Positions 12,236 through 26,900 of a stretch of 64,000 nt of DNA are shown piece after piece. The stretch covers positions 11,098,001-11,162,000 of the forward strand of contig OZ365115.1 of the NCBI GenBank assembly GCA_977030845.1. The letters are read 5' to 3'. The notes beneath the pieces are model-generated. The model ran no database searches, was not told the DNA's origin, and saw nothing but the letters and a program-made list of their open reading frames with translations. Position 1 is the stretch's first letter, and every line of letters begins with the position of its first letter. Position numbers and translations under genes: made by a program. The DNA comes from Fimbriosthenelais zetlandica (taxonomy: Eukaryota).

Positions 12236-12877
12236 ATATGTCTCAGCCTTACACTCCGTCAAATTTAACCTAAACCGCCCAGGACAGAGCCCCAACCTCC
12301 AACCCAAACAGTAAAGCTATTTTGGTTTCATGCTTCATTGCGCAAGTGCCCGGATCAGGCGCTCGCATACTTCCGCCGCTCCCGACTGGAATCAAGCTAA
12401 ACATGAAATAGAGGAGGGTGTCATTTTCCGTCGGACAAGGACTTGAACAATCTGTGTCACGACTCTGATTTCGAAAATGTTTAATATCTCGGCAACCACT
12501 GGGTCTTTTTAAGAAATTCAAAATGGAAAATCTTAGTTGGGACAATGTCTAGCGGGTGGTATAGGAAATAAATGCTGAAACTGCTTCTAAAAATTTCGAT
12601 TTTCAAAATGTAGCCAATTTCACAAGTTGTCCCGACTCCAGCTCCGTTTCCAATCCAAGGCTCCGATCTCAGCTGAAAATCCGGCACAGTGGCGCCCTCA
12701 GGTGGTGAGTGGAGGTAGGCCTATATGACGATTAGCGCAGAGGCCTGGGGTCTGTAGCGTCTGTTGTTAGAAGCTCTATAGTATACCAGTGTAACAAATA
12801 TGCTACACAGGGGCGCCCTCATGTGGGGGATGGTAGACTTAGGCGAGGAGGCGAAGCTTGTCCCTCGATCATTGTCA

Positions 12878-13056
12878 TAGTAGCATAGGACCAAGCCAGC
12901 GCGGCTGTAGCGCACCCGAGATATGATGCGGCAGAACGCTGAACTATGCTACTATAGTAGGCCTATTGAACTCTATGACTTCTATGGAAGGACCAAGCCA
13001 GCGCGACTGTAGCGCACCCGAGATATGATGCGGGAGAACGCTGAACTATGCTACTT
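12878..13056 (+). repeat. ~67-bp direct duplication in the spacer; first copy bounded by 11-bp inverted tagtagcatag/ctatgctacta
   Basis: ggaccaagccagcgcg(g/a)ctgtagcgcacccgagatatgatgcgg(c/g)agaacgctgaactatgctact occurs at ~12888 and ~12990. Confidence 0.8.
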
Positions 13057-13454
13057 ATCGGAGCCTTGCATTGGAAACGGGGCTGGAGTCGGGCCAACTT
13101 GTGAAATTGGCTACATTTTGAAAATCGAAATTTTTAGAAGCCGTTTCAGCATTTATTTCCTATACCACCCTCTAGACATTGTCCCAACTAAGATTTTCCA
13201 TTTTGAATTTCTTAAAAAGACCCAATGGTTGCCGAGATATTAAACATTTTCGAAATCAGAGTCGCGACACAGATTGTTCAAGTCCTTGTCCGACTGAAAA
13301 TGACACCCTCCTCTATCTCATGTTTATCTTGATTCCAGTCGTGAGAGGCGGAAGTATGCGAGCGCCGGGCCCTGGCAGCTGCGCAATGAAGCTTGAGACC
13401 TAGCTTGATCATATAGGCCTAGGCCTATACATGTAGCCTACCATTCTTCATGGT

Positions 13455-13522
13455 TCTGCCGTTAGTCTAGAGGTAAGACGCTGGACTGTAACGTGAGCGA
13501 CCGGGGTTCAATTCACCGTCAA
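13455..13522 (+). mobile_element. tRNA-derived Pol III head (second module)
   Basis: gttagtctagaggtaagacgctggactgtaacgtgagcgaccggggttcaattcaccg; D-arm gtct/agac pairs. Confidence 0.7.
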
Positions 13523-13738
13523 TCCAATCATTTTTCTGCTCCACGGGTCGCTCTGCCTACACATTTATATGATGACTGTGAGCCTTTTTCTGCGACCTCA
13601 CCGAGCACCCTTAGCGCCACCTGTACCACCAGGCGGGAACCAAGCTATGATAGCTGCTGCTATCTAAAAGATCCCTTCCCCAATGAACACTACTCAGCTA
13701 TATGTGTATACATGCGATCCAGCTGCGAAAAGGGATTT

Positions 13739-13808
13739 ACAAGACGGGGAATAGAACCCCGGTCTCTCACGTTACAGTCCAGCGTCTTACCTCTAGACTA
13801 CATGGACC
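13739..13808 (-). mobile_element. tRNA-derived Pol III head (second module, opposite orientation)
   Basis: Reverse complement tagtctagaggtaagacgctggactgtaacgtgagagaccggggttctattccccg; D and T stems intact, acceptor stem broken. Confidence 0.7.
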
Positions 13809-16800
13809 ATATGTCTTACAGATTCAATAAACACAGTAAACCTATTTTGGTCTCATGCTTCATTGCCCACCTGCCTTGGTCAGGCGCTCGCATACTTCCG
13901 CCATTCCGCCAGACCTATTTGTAGAGCCGTGACTCTGAAATGTAGACATGGGGATTGGGGTGAAAGTTGGGGGCCGGGGAGGGGTGCGGGGGGCAAAATA
14001 ATTATGAACATTGTGATTTAGCTTTGTCCGGGCGGTTCAAATATGAAGGGGTGTAGGCCTAGTGTTGCCGAGGGTAGGGGGTCATCGGAAGGCATAACAA
14101 AATTCAGGTGCCCTGTGGTCATCGTGGTGACTTGAGGGCACCACAAGATTCCCACCAGTATGGATCTGGCCAAAGGTTGTGCCATTGGGGTTGTTTTTCT
14201 CCCATCAAAAGAATGTTAAAACATGATTTTTTTTGTATAAAATATTTTATTACCGTACTTTTTTCCCCTTACATATTAGAAACAATGTCCTACAATGCAA
14301 TGGAATGGTTGCTACATTTAGGCTAATATTATTTGCAACTATCACTACTTGGCCAAGCCTATCTATGATCTATCTAGCCTATCTCCTACATTTAGGCCTA
14401 CAACAAAGATATCATTAGGCTACAAAACATGTTTTTTTTTGTTTTATTACATGCTCACCACCTGGCCGGTGTTTTAATTCCTAAATGAGATTCTTCACTT
14501 GTTTTCAGCCAGATCTCTGTTCAAAGTGATTAGACCTTTAGTGAATTCAAGCATAAGCCTAATTTAAATATAGAATTATTAGATATAAAGTTGGCCAGTG
14601 CTTCAATATATTGAGGCATAACATTACTTCTTCGCTGTAGGCTAGCCTACGAATAAACGAAAAAGAGACAAATGGACTATTTATCAAATAAAAACATTCA
14701 AGAAAATCTCCATACTTCTCATGGATTTCCCTATCCAAAGTTCCTAAAATATAAAAAAGATATCCTAAATAATATCAAAAAAACATATTATTCCCTAATA
14801 GAAGAAATATATATAATCTGAAATAGGGTCAGGCCTAATATGTATAATTAGTTGCAGTGAGGCATAAACATAAATTGGATGCTAGAGTGATAACTTAAAA
14901 ACTCGACTCATTGAAACATAAAAATTAATTCAATTTTCAACATTGTCTTAATTTAAGTGGATGCGAGAGTAACAATAGTTTTACTTAAACGCTCCCTTTA
15001 GAGTTAGAAGTTCAGTGAAATTTCCTAACAGAGTCGCCCAACAAATTGAGATATGGGCTTATTGTACTAGGAATACAAATTCTTAGGTGCTTGGTGCAAA
15101 TACAAACACACTGCATCACAAATTGCTTCCTAATAGATTGTCAAACCTAGTATTGTCCTAAGGTTGGTTCACTCAATCCGCTGTCATTTCCCCTCATCCT
15201 CCTCTCTACCATTTTGTATAGATTATATACTGGCTAAGATATTAATGTAAAAGTGCTCATCTTCCTACAATACCAACTGATTTTGCATTCACATATTTGA
15301 ATTATAGAGATATGATCACAATTGATAGGAAAGACAAAAACACCACTTTGTATCCACGTTTATATCTGCCACATCTTTAATTACGAAATGTTATATGAGG
15401 AAACTTCAGAACTTTTCATTTCAGGAAACTTCAGGTTGCTTTGGTAGTTGATTTGATATCTTGGAATGTGGTTCTTATTCTTTCACCATCCAAAGTTGAT
15501 TTAATAAAGATTTGGCAGACTTTAAGAAGTACAAATGTTCAATCGATTTACGTGCACATGTCTTGCTTAAATACAGTAACTTCTACAACAGTATGCATGC
15601 ATTCCATTTCAACGCGCTATTAAATTGCTTCCTTGTACATTTCCTAGCCCAGAATCTCATTAGCCAAATATACCTGAACAATTTGGTTGTAGCATCTCTA
15701 GAAATATAGGTGTCAAAAATACATTATCTTTTACCCATTATCTATGCCTTTATATCAATTTATTATGATGGCCCCAGTTGTTTTTTTAATATTATTTTAA
15801 CATCTGTGATTTCCAATATACTTCATGGTAAAATCTCGTGGCAATAGATCTACTATATTATTAAGACTGGTTTTATGTACATCAAACTTGTCCACATAAA
15901 ACTGTGCACTTTGCTCACAATCACAACATTTTAAGCCTGTTCACATAGGACCGATAAAACACATCATATCTTAGATATGTGATGAGAAGGTGTTATCACC
16001 GAACCATTACTTATACTCAAGAACTGGAATTATTCCTAAAGTTCCACAGTTTAGTAATCCACACAAGTTTTTGTTTCAGTTACGGTTAGGCCTCTAAATG
16101 TTATTACATTCACACACGTGGGTATATTATACACATGTGCATATATATGAATCAGTATAGGATGTATGAATAGTCATATCTATGTACACATTTCTATTAT
16201 AATTACTCCCGATTTAGCACTGCAAATCAAGTACATCATGATCATATTTACATTAGGAATACAAACGATTCAAATAAATTCGAAGAAAAATATCATTTGA
16301 AGACTTTTAACCCATATCAGGATAATTCAACCAAGTATAAGTTTTTCATGAATATGAATAAACTGATGAATATACATAATAATATCTACAAAATAATTTT
16401 GTTAGAAACAGCATTGAATGCCTTGACGTTAAAGACATTCAATGCAGCGTCATCACCTCGAATGACACTAATATAAGAGAACTAATATAATACACATAAC
16501 TGAGTTAACAATGCAATTAATGGTCAACGTGGAAGCCCATGTGATTGAATTGAAAATAATTAGTCATATATACACTTTTCCAGTGATATTTTCTTCATAT
16601 ATTCTTCACATCTGCCCAGGAAACAAAGGGAATGTACATAATACAAACTATAATTCAGACTCTGGGAATAATTCCTAATAGGAACCGTATTTGTCCCCGA
16701 TTAATTGGTAGGTTAAAGATGTGGTATCATCAGAGACAAACAAGTTGTAGGAATTGGGACATGGAATTTTGATTTCAACCCTGGAAAGGACATTCAAGAA

Positions 16801-17961
16801 CAACAATATCCTAGGTTGAATCTATTTGTCAGAGACAAGACTTAATTCATGACTGGCCATATCTTCAAATCACAGACCTTTAAGAGAAAATAATTATCAA
16901 AAGGAATATATTTTTGCAGAAATTTTAAAAATATATGTCAATTTCCTTTGGATGTTCAAAATAGCCCAATGTACGGCCATATACATCTACGCTAGTGACT
17001 CTTGTAAAAGTGTAATTTCGACCTTGTTTGGGAAAGATTTGAGTTCTTATTTCTTACACAAAAGCCCTGAGGTCCAAGGCCCACCAGTAGAATGCAAATA
17101 GGCAGAGACAAAATTGTCTAGATCTATACAAATTTTGGGTTCAACATTTTGGCATTGTGACTACAAACGTCAATATTCAAGAACAATGTAACACTGCCTT
17201 AGAAGAGATTTTTCATGGAAGCACCTATTTGAGAAAAAATATAGTGAATACCTCAAGTATTTCTTTCAAGTTTCAAAACCAATTGACATGAATATTGGGT
17301 ACATTTTTGGAATCAAGTTTTTGAAAAGCGGTCCCTGAATAAATCCAGAAACACCAAATGCACTCATATTTACTTAATTAAGGAAAATGTATAGCCATGA
17401 GCACAAGCCTAGTATAATTTTTTTTCGGAATCTAAATGAGACAAAGTATGATATTCAAGAAACCGTTAAATTCTATGGCACCTACAGTTTTAAATTGTTC
17501 ACAGATATTCAAGTAACCTCTTAAGAACATTTCTCACATTTTCACTGAGGCAGATTGCTAGATATTCGTATATACCGTCCATGACCTCCGGTACAGTTGA
17601 CCTAACAGTATACTGGCCATTGTACTGACACACATACATGACATGGTGAAGTTAATATACAATGTTACTGATGATGAACATTTACCATACATGATTCACT
17701 CAGTGGAGATAATCCATACAGAATTAACCTGATCTTATTGCTACACACAGCCCACAATCTCGTCATTAATAGCCAGAATCCACTGCTGCGACTCTCCATG
17801 TGATATTATGAGACGATCGAGGGATGTTCAATAATTAGAGACATTATTGTGTCTGTCTCACTTTTTCGGGCAATCATTGTTGCAGCTTGTCGCATACAGT
17901 CGCATCACAATCACATCAGTCGACTCTAGCCTTGAGATTATATGATCCAATGTGACAATAA

Positions 17962-20900
17962 TCACAGGTCGATCCTGCTTGATAATCTACGTTGTAGCCT
18001 GGTGATCTCGTAAGCCGTACCAATAGACCTGGTAGAGGAATGTCGGTGTCTGCCGGTCGTCTTGTACCGGGTATAACCTGGTATACCCACCACGGTGGGT
18101 TTGTAGAAAGCAAAGGCGAAGTACTCGGTGGGTTTGAGTTTGGATGGCGTAAGTGGCATGGCTGCTACTGGCGTACCAGGAGGGGCGTACCGACCCCATT
18201 TGTCCTCGTCTTGATGAGGCCCCCATTCTTTGGTAGGTTTCATCACTTTTATTAAAAGCTGAAAAATACAATGGTAATTTTCATTCATTATTTTATGCAG
18301 ATAGAAGACGGGAAGAAATTCAGAAAATATTATAGGATGACTAGTGATAGCACAGGCGAAGTATTTGTTATTCGAAATATTTTTCACATTTTGGTAATAT
18401 CCATGGAGAAGATCCTTGAAATTCAACACATATCTCTTTTTTTATATTGTAAATGTTTTAAAATTTGAGTAAAATTTAATGAAAAAGCTTCTTACCCTGG
18501 CGCCGCCCATGGCACAGTAGTTGTAAATGAAGAAAATAACGATGAGCATTATCGGGAACATGGCGATGAGCCAGCCCAGGGCCTGGGCCCAGCCTGGGTA
18601 GAAGTAGTCACTGAGACTGGGGGGCTTGTAATAGGCTATGTTAAATAATATAGTGGCCAGGATGATACAGGGGGTTAGCCCCATCCAACTGATCTTCCAG
18701 TACCAGTTGGGCTTCTTACCCAACATCATGGAAATGTCATCAGCAAAGTTGTTATAACCTGGAAATATAAACGAAAGTAGTTATTAACTCCATAAATTAT
18801 ATTTATTACTGACATAATGTAAAGTAATAAAATGTAAATGAGGATAATCCCATACCACTGGCAACATATAAGATGATGTATTAGATATATTATTATAGAT
18901 TAATTCCATAACATTATATTCATTACCAACATGAATATATATGAATATATATATATTATATTAATATCAAATAACGATTATATTAAACAAAAATATGCAA
19001 ATTATATAAAATTTAGGGGACGTACCGTAGATCCAGTTGAGCACGACACATTCTAGGAAGCCCACAAGGAGGAGGGGGAATCCTGACACTGAGTAATCCA
19101 CTAGATTGAGTAGGTAGATGCCACCCCTGGTCACCATAGGCAGACCCAGGAGGAAGGAACACAGAATCACACAGACACGGAAGATGAGGTTACGCCACTT
19201 GGTCCTCAGGTGCTCATTGAACTCATCAGAGAAGGCACTGAGTACACACTCCACCAGCGAGAACTGAAATACAACAATCATAGGTTACAATAGTAACAGC
19301 TGAAACTTACTACTCATATACAGGGCCATTCAAAAGTTATGTAACACAGGATACAGATACCCTAGTTTATCTACTCAATCAGTTACATTGTATTATGTAT
19401 CTTTCTTTCAGATTCGGTGATAACATCAGAAGAATGTGTATACTTTCACATAATAATTATTAATATATAATATTGAAAAGGGCACAAGACTATAGGGCAT
19501 ATCAACAGCATAAGAGTACATTCTCTGGATTAAATCCGATTGATTGATAGATTGATGGATTGAATGATTGATGGATTGGTTTAGTAAGGATATAATTCAT
19601 GCCACTAACCTGCGAACCGAAGCCAAGTGTGGCCATCATGAAGAAGAAGAATATGGCCCACAACTGCGGGGCGGGCATTCTGGACAACGCCTCAGGGTAG
19701 ACGACAAACGCCAGACCAGGCCCTCCCGCGGCCACATCCTGCACCTTTTAAAAAGAACAAAAGAATTAACACATCAATTTGTGTTAATTGCAAACAGCTA
19801 AATTTTAAGCCATGATTATTTAGTGTTGCGGATGTAGTGCTTATTAAACGTTGCAAATACAGCGCTTATTATCTGTACCATTGTGACCACTCAGTAGCCG
19901 CTTAATAAACACTGCATGCCTAAAAATGTTGCCTAATATTCTGTGCACACCGCGGTCCCACTTAATCAACAAAAACTGCTCTCAGCTATTCTTTCAATTA
20001 TTTTTCTAATCTTTCAAAATTAAAATCATCCATCGGAAAGAGACCTTGGGAACATTCAAGTAAACACTTATTTCTATTTTGGTTATGTTCTTCAGTTCTC
20101 ATCAGGAGCTGTACCTAATATTTTCCCCATCCATTCATAAAACCCCGGGTAGGTTAAATTACCATCTCAAGTCACCTACCTCCACACCTTTTTCCGTAGC
20201 CATAAATCCAAGCACTGCGAAGATGACAAATCCAGCGAAGATGGATGTACCACAGTTTATCATGGATACAATAAGGGAGTCTCTCAGACAATTATTGTTA
20301 AATTTACTGTAGGACGACATGCAGATTAGACCACCACAGCAGGCAGACAGCGAGTAGAAGATCTGAGTTGCTGCATCACACCACACCCGGGCGTCACCCA
20401 GCCTGGAGAAGTCAGGTTTGAGGTAGAATATGATGCCTTTAGATGCTCCGGGAAGAGTAGCTCCACGGATGAGCAAAATAGTGAGCATGACATAAGGGAA
20501 GATGGCGGTGAAGTACACCACCTTGCCTAAAGATTGAATGCCCCGGATTAAGCAGATTAAGACGATAATCCATGCCAGGAGGAGGCATAGAGCAAGCTTC
20601 CAGTTGACACCTCCAGATTCATGGATTCCAGATGACATCTCCAGAACAAAGTTACTGTAAAAAATAAAATGATTTTATAGAAATTAAAATTCAATATTTG
20701 ATCAGATGAAGCAGTGTCCCTACAACTGGTCTGATTTGACAGATATTAAGGACTTTACTGTCAGACTTGTAAAACCAAAAATAAAGAAAGTACATAGTGT
20801 ATCTTTGCCTTCCTCCACCGTCTGCGTACAGTATTGTATAGATCCATGTCTTTTTCTGAGTTTTTGAGAGTGTAGACTATACTTATAATAATATATATAA

Positions 20901-23900
20901 GAGTGTTCTCCGGTAACCATAGCATAATAAAATACATTTGTGATATCGACTATGCCTTTCTGAGTCTAGGTGGGCGAACGACTTTCATGGCGATAAGGTG
21001 TCATGAGCAGAGACTGTGGGAATTCCCTCACAATAGAAAGAGACTGTAAGACTGTATTTCCTAACAACTCAGAAAGTAATCCTATAGTCAGAGAACAAGA
21101 AGCCATGCCAGAAAATCTATATGCTTATCTACGCTTGAGAATAATACTTCTCTATATCATAAACGGTATGGCTTCTATTAATACAATGAGAAAAAACCTT
21201 AATACTTCAAGGTTGACGGCAGAAAGGGCTGGAATTTTGAGTCAAATTATGAAAGGATTTTGATGCGCCTTTTCGCCTGGAACCACATAATTGATTTATG
21301 AAATATTGATTGAGAGTTTGGGTTACTTGTCCAAGCTTATAATGCGTCATTAAAGGCCTTTCACGAAAATTGAAATTGAAATTAAATTGGGCAAAAATAA
21401 TTAAACAGAACAAGAACATCAAGTCAATCTGGAACCTTGATAAATGATTTGATTCTTCGGTCGATTTTCATGAACTCAGTCGTGCAGATTGGTGTATACG
21501 GTACCTATAGTTTATCCCTTTAACAAAAGGCGAAACTTACTTATAATATTCCTCAGCTGGGGTCATCTCTTTCCCAGTACCGTTCCTCATTATACGTTCT
21601 CCCAAGCTAGCTGTGACATTTTTCAAGGTGTCCGTGACGTTTGAGAGTGAGTCATTTGAGGTTGTGTACACCGGTGCGATACAGTCGGGCGTATTCCACG
21701 GGTTATCACACGTGACCCAGGGTAGACCCGTGGGTATGGAAGCGAAGGAAGCGAAGAGGAATACTAGGATATGGCTAATGACAACATTGTAATATACAGC
21801 AATAAGCCACGATATGGACACTACTGCATAACCTAAACCTGAAAAATAAAACACAAACTCTCAACTCCATGTCAAATTTGAGATCAACTAACAATTCAAA
21901 ATAATTGAATCTTTTACGGATTATTATAGGACTTTAGATAAAGCTTTGATATTTCCTTTTATGCCTTAAAAACAAAATGATCCCCATTCTTACTGTAACA
22001 CATTTATATTTTAAAACACATGTATATTTTAAAATTGATTTACCTTTAAATAGAGGATTAACTTTCCAGATGGCGATAGGGCCAAGACTGGCAAATTGAC
22101 CAAATGCGAGTTCCATGAAGAAAAGTGGAAGACCTACTGCCCCCAACATTATGACGTAAGGTATGAGGAAAGCACCTGAAAAATACGACAAAACCTTCAT
22201 GTTACAAGTATATCTACAGTATATCTATATATCTACAGTTACATCTCTACCGATTTATAGATCAATTATACCCCTAAACTTCATAGCCACTTATATATAA
22301 TATATTGAAATTCTGTCACATGTTAAATGAATCACGTCTTAGAAGCAGACATCTCCTAAAATCAAAATTGATTTAAAATGAGCCCAATGTCAACATCTCT
22401 TAGTGCCATCAAGTGGATTGCCTACAAGTGATCACACCTCGTCCCCTATCGACCACTTCACAAGGACAAATTGCCACGTGAGACATGTCAGAAGTCTCGT
22501 ATTTGTTGACAGAACCACTTGTCATGTGATCGTCGCCATTTTGTTTGATTGATGGAGGCACTCAAGCAGCGCGGATTTCCTACCAATATCATCTTATAGC
22601 AGATCACAGCGCAGAACATTGCAACATCAAATTTTTCGTAAATGAAGAATACTATTTTTTCTGCATTGGATGTAAGATTTTAAAGTTTACTATGTCATTT
22701 GTGCTTTTAATTTTAGGAAATACTAACAGGACTAAATGAAGTAGTTCATGATAGGAGACCCAACTGAGCCCATTATGAAAAGTGATATGAAATAAAACTA
22801 GTATAAAATTCCATACGAAACATGAGATTTTTTCTTTTTATCACACTACAAGCCACCCCCATATGACAATATATTCTCGCCTGAGCATGCTAAGCAATAT
22901 ATTTTAGGATATTTCCAGAAAGACAAAATCAAAATAAGTTTTTAAATATAATCTGCAATTAGAGACAAAACATGACGATACATGCTGTCTAATCCATTAT
23001 GTCATCATTATTATTAAAAACAAATTGTGAAAAGAAAAATTGGGATCATAATAATCCACTTCAATTAAGAAAGCAATATAGTAGATCATTTCACATGTCT
23101 CCTAATTGATGACTATCATTTATACCATGTCATAATGAATGTGATCATTAATCAGCAATGTGCAGTTTCCATGACGACAGGTAACAACAATCCAGCCATT
23201 ATATTTTAATGAATGTGGTTGGATCGCCATGCGGGTTTGTAATAATGCTGAGCTAATCACGGGAAAAAAACTGTTGAAAAGAATTGTTGAGAGTCAGATA
23301 TCCAGACAATGTTTGCCCGGCAACATTGTCTGGAGAACGAGTGTTTTTACCCGAGGACAGGTAAAGACTGGTCTTTCCCCATATCAGTATGGACCAAATG
23401 TAAGTCAAACACCGTTTGTTTTGGCAGTAGATAAGAGATCAATCGCCTCCGTTATACAAGCTGGAGTGTGCTAAACAAGCATATTATATAGTTAAATATG
23501 CATAGTAGTATAGGCACATGGTGTCATTTTGTAAGTAGCATAGGGAGATGTTCATTTGCTCCAGGCATCACTAAACGCTGCACTCCATCATTAGCAGTTC
23601 GATGACCATTATCACCTACCAGACTTTCAAGCATTGTCAGGAAGGTAACAGGATTAAGGCTTACAGGCACGTATCTTGAAATGCATTACAGATTCCATTA
23701 GTTACTCAACATGTCTAGAACGTGGAGAGTAGGTATTAAGTGCATCCAATTTAGAACACTTTATTTGCCTCTTTGGCATCGCTTTTTAGACCTGAAATGC
23801 TAGAACTATTGAACCGAACTACAGATATTCAAGAGAACCATAATCCCACCTGATCCTCCAATCCCAATACACTGACAAAATAATAGTCAAATATAGTCAT

Positions 23901-26900
23901 TAATAGCAAGGGTGTGTTCAATAGCCTTCCATATTTTGACTAAGAATAGCAGCAATGCACTCTGAATGATTATTATTAGGTCTGGTATTTCCATAGAATA
24001 TTATTATTAAATGATTATATAGTCCTTTTGCAATTATCTCGGAAGGAAAGTTTTTCAGTGTATAGATTACCACCCATATGTCTGGTATCAGGTGCGGAGG
24101 GCAGGCTGGATTGTTTGATCTACAGCCCAATGATTCCCACGAGGCATGCAAGTACACATGCTTAGATAGATTAGCCGAGATTCACTACACCTGCAGGACA
24201 TATAACAGATGTTCTATACCACAAAAATTCATCCATACTCCATATAATATGGTGTGTATTCCATATTGAATAAAGTAAAATATTCCGGAAACTTTAATAT
24301 AATCATATCATTGCAAGCAATTTAAACCTTAAATTTTTAGCAAAATATGGTACTTGTAAAATAGGCCAGCAGTACATAATGGTCGGATGATATGGCACTA
24401 CAAACGCTGCCCTGTCTTATAACATGACATTTAAACATTGTCCAGACACACCTCCATACATCCTTCTCCACTTCCCGTGAAAACTGAGAGGCTTTAAAAT
24501 CGCTGAGTCAGCAAGTTCTTTAGTCAGAATAAGTGTTTCTCCAGCAGCAAGCCAGCGGCCTGGGAAATGCGCCTCTGTCACCAATTATTATGTGACCTTA
24601 GATGCCTGTTCATACAGCATATGTTTGGATGGATCCATCATAAATGATTACAGGTCATGAGCAATTTAAGTGCAATCTATTGCATGTAGACCTGAGATCA
24701 TCATTAGCATTAACAGGCACTTAAGCTATGAGGCATCTCTGGACACATTTTTAATATATAACAATTTTAATATAATTTATCAAAAATCTGTATAGCTAAT
24801 GTATGCATCCATATCTTCATGAATATAACATAAACTATACACTCCATTAGCCATCTATCCACCCTTCCACCTACATGTATCTCATTTTCTCACCCACGTA
24901 GGTACTTAATTATTCCCATTAGTCTTCGGTGCGTCACCTACTCTGACAGGAGGAAATCTTGAAGGCCATTCAGTATTATCTACCAACACCACGTGGTCTT
25001 GTTTACCCCATGGACAGCGTCTGTGACGTCAGAGCTACCCTTTCCACTACAACACCACCCTAGAAACCCCCAACCCTCCATAACAGCCCCCACCCCACCC
25101 AAACCCATCCATCACCCCTCCATCCCACCTCTATCTAGCCTATAGGATTAATCCACTGCCAACACACCCCTCTTTACAGCCTATAGGAGCATCTCTCTCC
25201 TGCCACCCCTATCTGGTATATTAGACCCGTCCAAACGCGGGGTATTGACTGGGGAGGGTTGGGAAAGTAAGGGCAAGTAGGGGCGGTGGATTGTCGAATT
25301 ATACACATACCTGACATTTAAATCTTTCTAACAGAGAAAAGCTGGCCTTCTAGTTGCCTTCTATTTTGGTTACCATTCACCACAAATCCACACAAAAATT
25401 GAATTTTCTCAAAATAGAACTCATTCAATACAAGGTGATATACATAAGTACAAACCGTATGTAGCCTATATGCTATTGCTTCAAAATACAAAGTCAATGT
25501 ACATTGTACAAGCATTGCAATTAAAGCCATCTGTTTTTTCTTCGTGGGCTTTCTATTCAGATCGCGCTGTCCCTTAATTAAATAACTTAATTAATCAGAG
25601 GAAAGTCCAGAATACTGCCAGCTATAGGGCCTATAGGGTAATCAGCTCGCACTTATATTACCACTTGTGATTTCAGACCAATCTCCTTACTCAAACATAG
25701 TCTAGGAATATTTTAAAATTCTCACCTTTCAAATTTCACCTAAGATGCAGGCCATTTTATTATACAAGAAAGGACCATTTAGTACATAAATTGGAGACAC
25801 AACTACTGCTTAATCAGATGCCTGTTAAGATGCTATTACCTTAATCATTATAATATAGATAATTAGTACTAACACTTTGACACTGTCATCATAATTTTAA
25901 GTTTAATGGTCATCATTGTGAGACATTAGGTCCCTTCCCTGTGGCTTCAGGTGCTTAGGAACTGAAGCTAGGGGTGACCTTAATTGTCAAGATCACTCTT
26001 CTACGAACATTGCAACATATTTTAAGGGGAGAAGCGGCCCTAATATGAGGCCATATGTTAATGGACCAGAAACTTTAGGGCCTTACAAATGCTGATTAAA
26101 TTGTCTATATAGATTCCATGAGAACAAAAATCACAAACCATTTAGAAACATTTATAGGTAATGCTAATCCAATTAGAAATAAATGCACATCTTTCTCAAA
26201 ATAACACACAAAATTGTTAACCAAAATCTTGATTCCCACATTTACAAATGGTCCTAAAGCAGTGTCACTTTTACATCCAGCTCGTGGCTCTTAGCAATGA
26301 ATCACTTCACAGATAATTGACCTCCACTACCTACAGCGCTGTATATATAAGTTACCATAGCAACCCTTGATGATGCAGTTAGGGCCACATAACCATGAAT
26401 ATAGAGTTGGCCTCAACCCATCACAATTCAATTTCTACAGGAGACTGAACCCCAATCCAATCTCCAACAAAACGCACCACACATAGATTGTATACATAAT
26501 ATTCTCTTCCAGTTTAAAAAAAATCAAAACTTCACCAATTTATCAAGAACATTGTTTGTATTGGTATTGTATTTTACTTGCATATTATATATAATTTCAA
26601 TACAGACATATGTGTACATGTATATATAATATACATTTATGTGAATAGTATGTTTCTAAAAATGTGAATGGTCGGTTTGTGGTGACATTGAAATGAAGAC
26701 CTTGCACTTGTTTTATATTTGTTAAAATTACTTGGGCCTTGGGTATAAATACATGGGCCTTGTGCACGACTACCTATAATGTCACGACCCTCTATAGTGT
26801 ATACTTTTCTATATATTATGAGGTTTATCTAGTCAGTCATAAACCCTTTAATGCCGAAGATTGCCAAAGGGCACTCACGGCTTTTTTTTTAGCCAATTTA

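Larger units (their letters stand above)
11775..13905. mobile_element. Composite nested inverted/direct repeat array (two ~600-bp direct-repeat modules joined by ~300-bp inverted arms)
   Basis: Motif X (ggcggaagtatgcgagcgcc...cattg) is + at ~11775 and ~13346, and - at ~12325-12376 and ~13850-13903. Arm Y (~12377-12668) is the reverse complement of ~13058-13345. Core ~11955-12160 recurs at ~13525-13735. Period about 1570 bp. Confidence 0.85.

Noticed and set aside
12270-13403. Mirror-image ORFs (MSQLRF..., ...CEIGYILKIEIF...)
   Set aside because: A by-product of the inverted Y arms; no protein motifs.
11885-13808. Four tRNA-like sequences as functional tRNA genes (apparent GTA anticodon)
   Set aside because: Acceptor and anticodon stems do not pair; only the promoter-bearing D/T arms survive, as in SINE heads.
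11923-13924. Similar 116-aa and 143-aa ORFs in the two repeat modules as a conserved protein
   Set aside because: They start at GTG inside tRNA heads, and a 5-nt indel (tacat) shifts the frame between copies.
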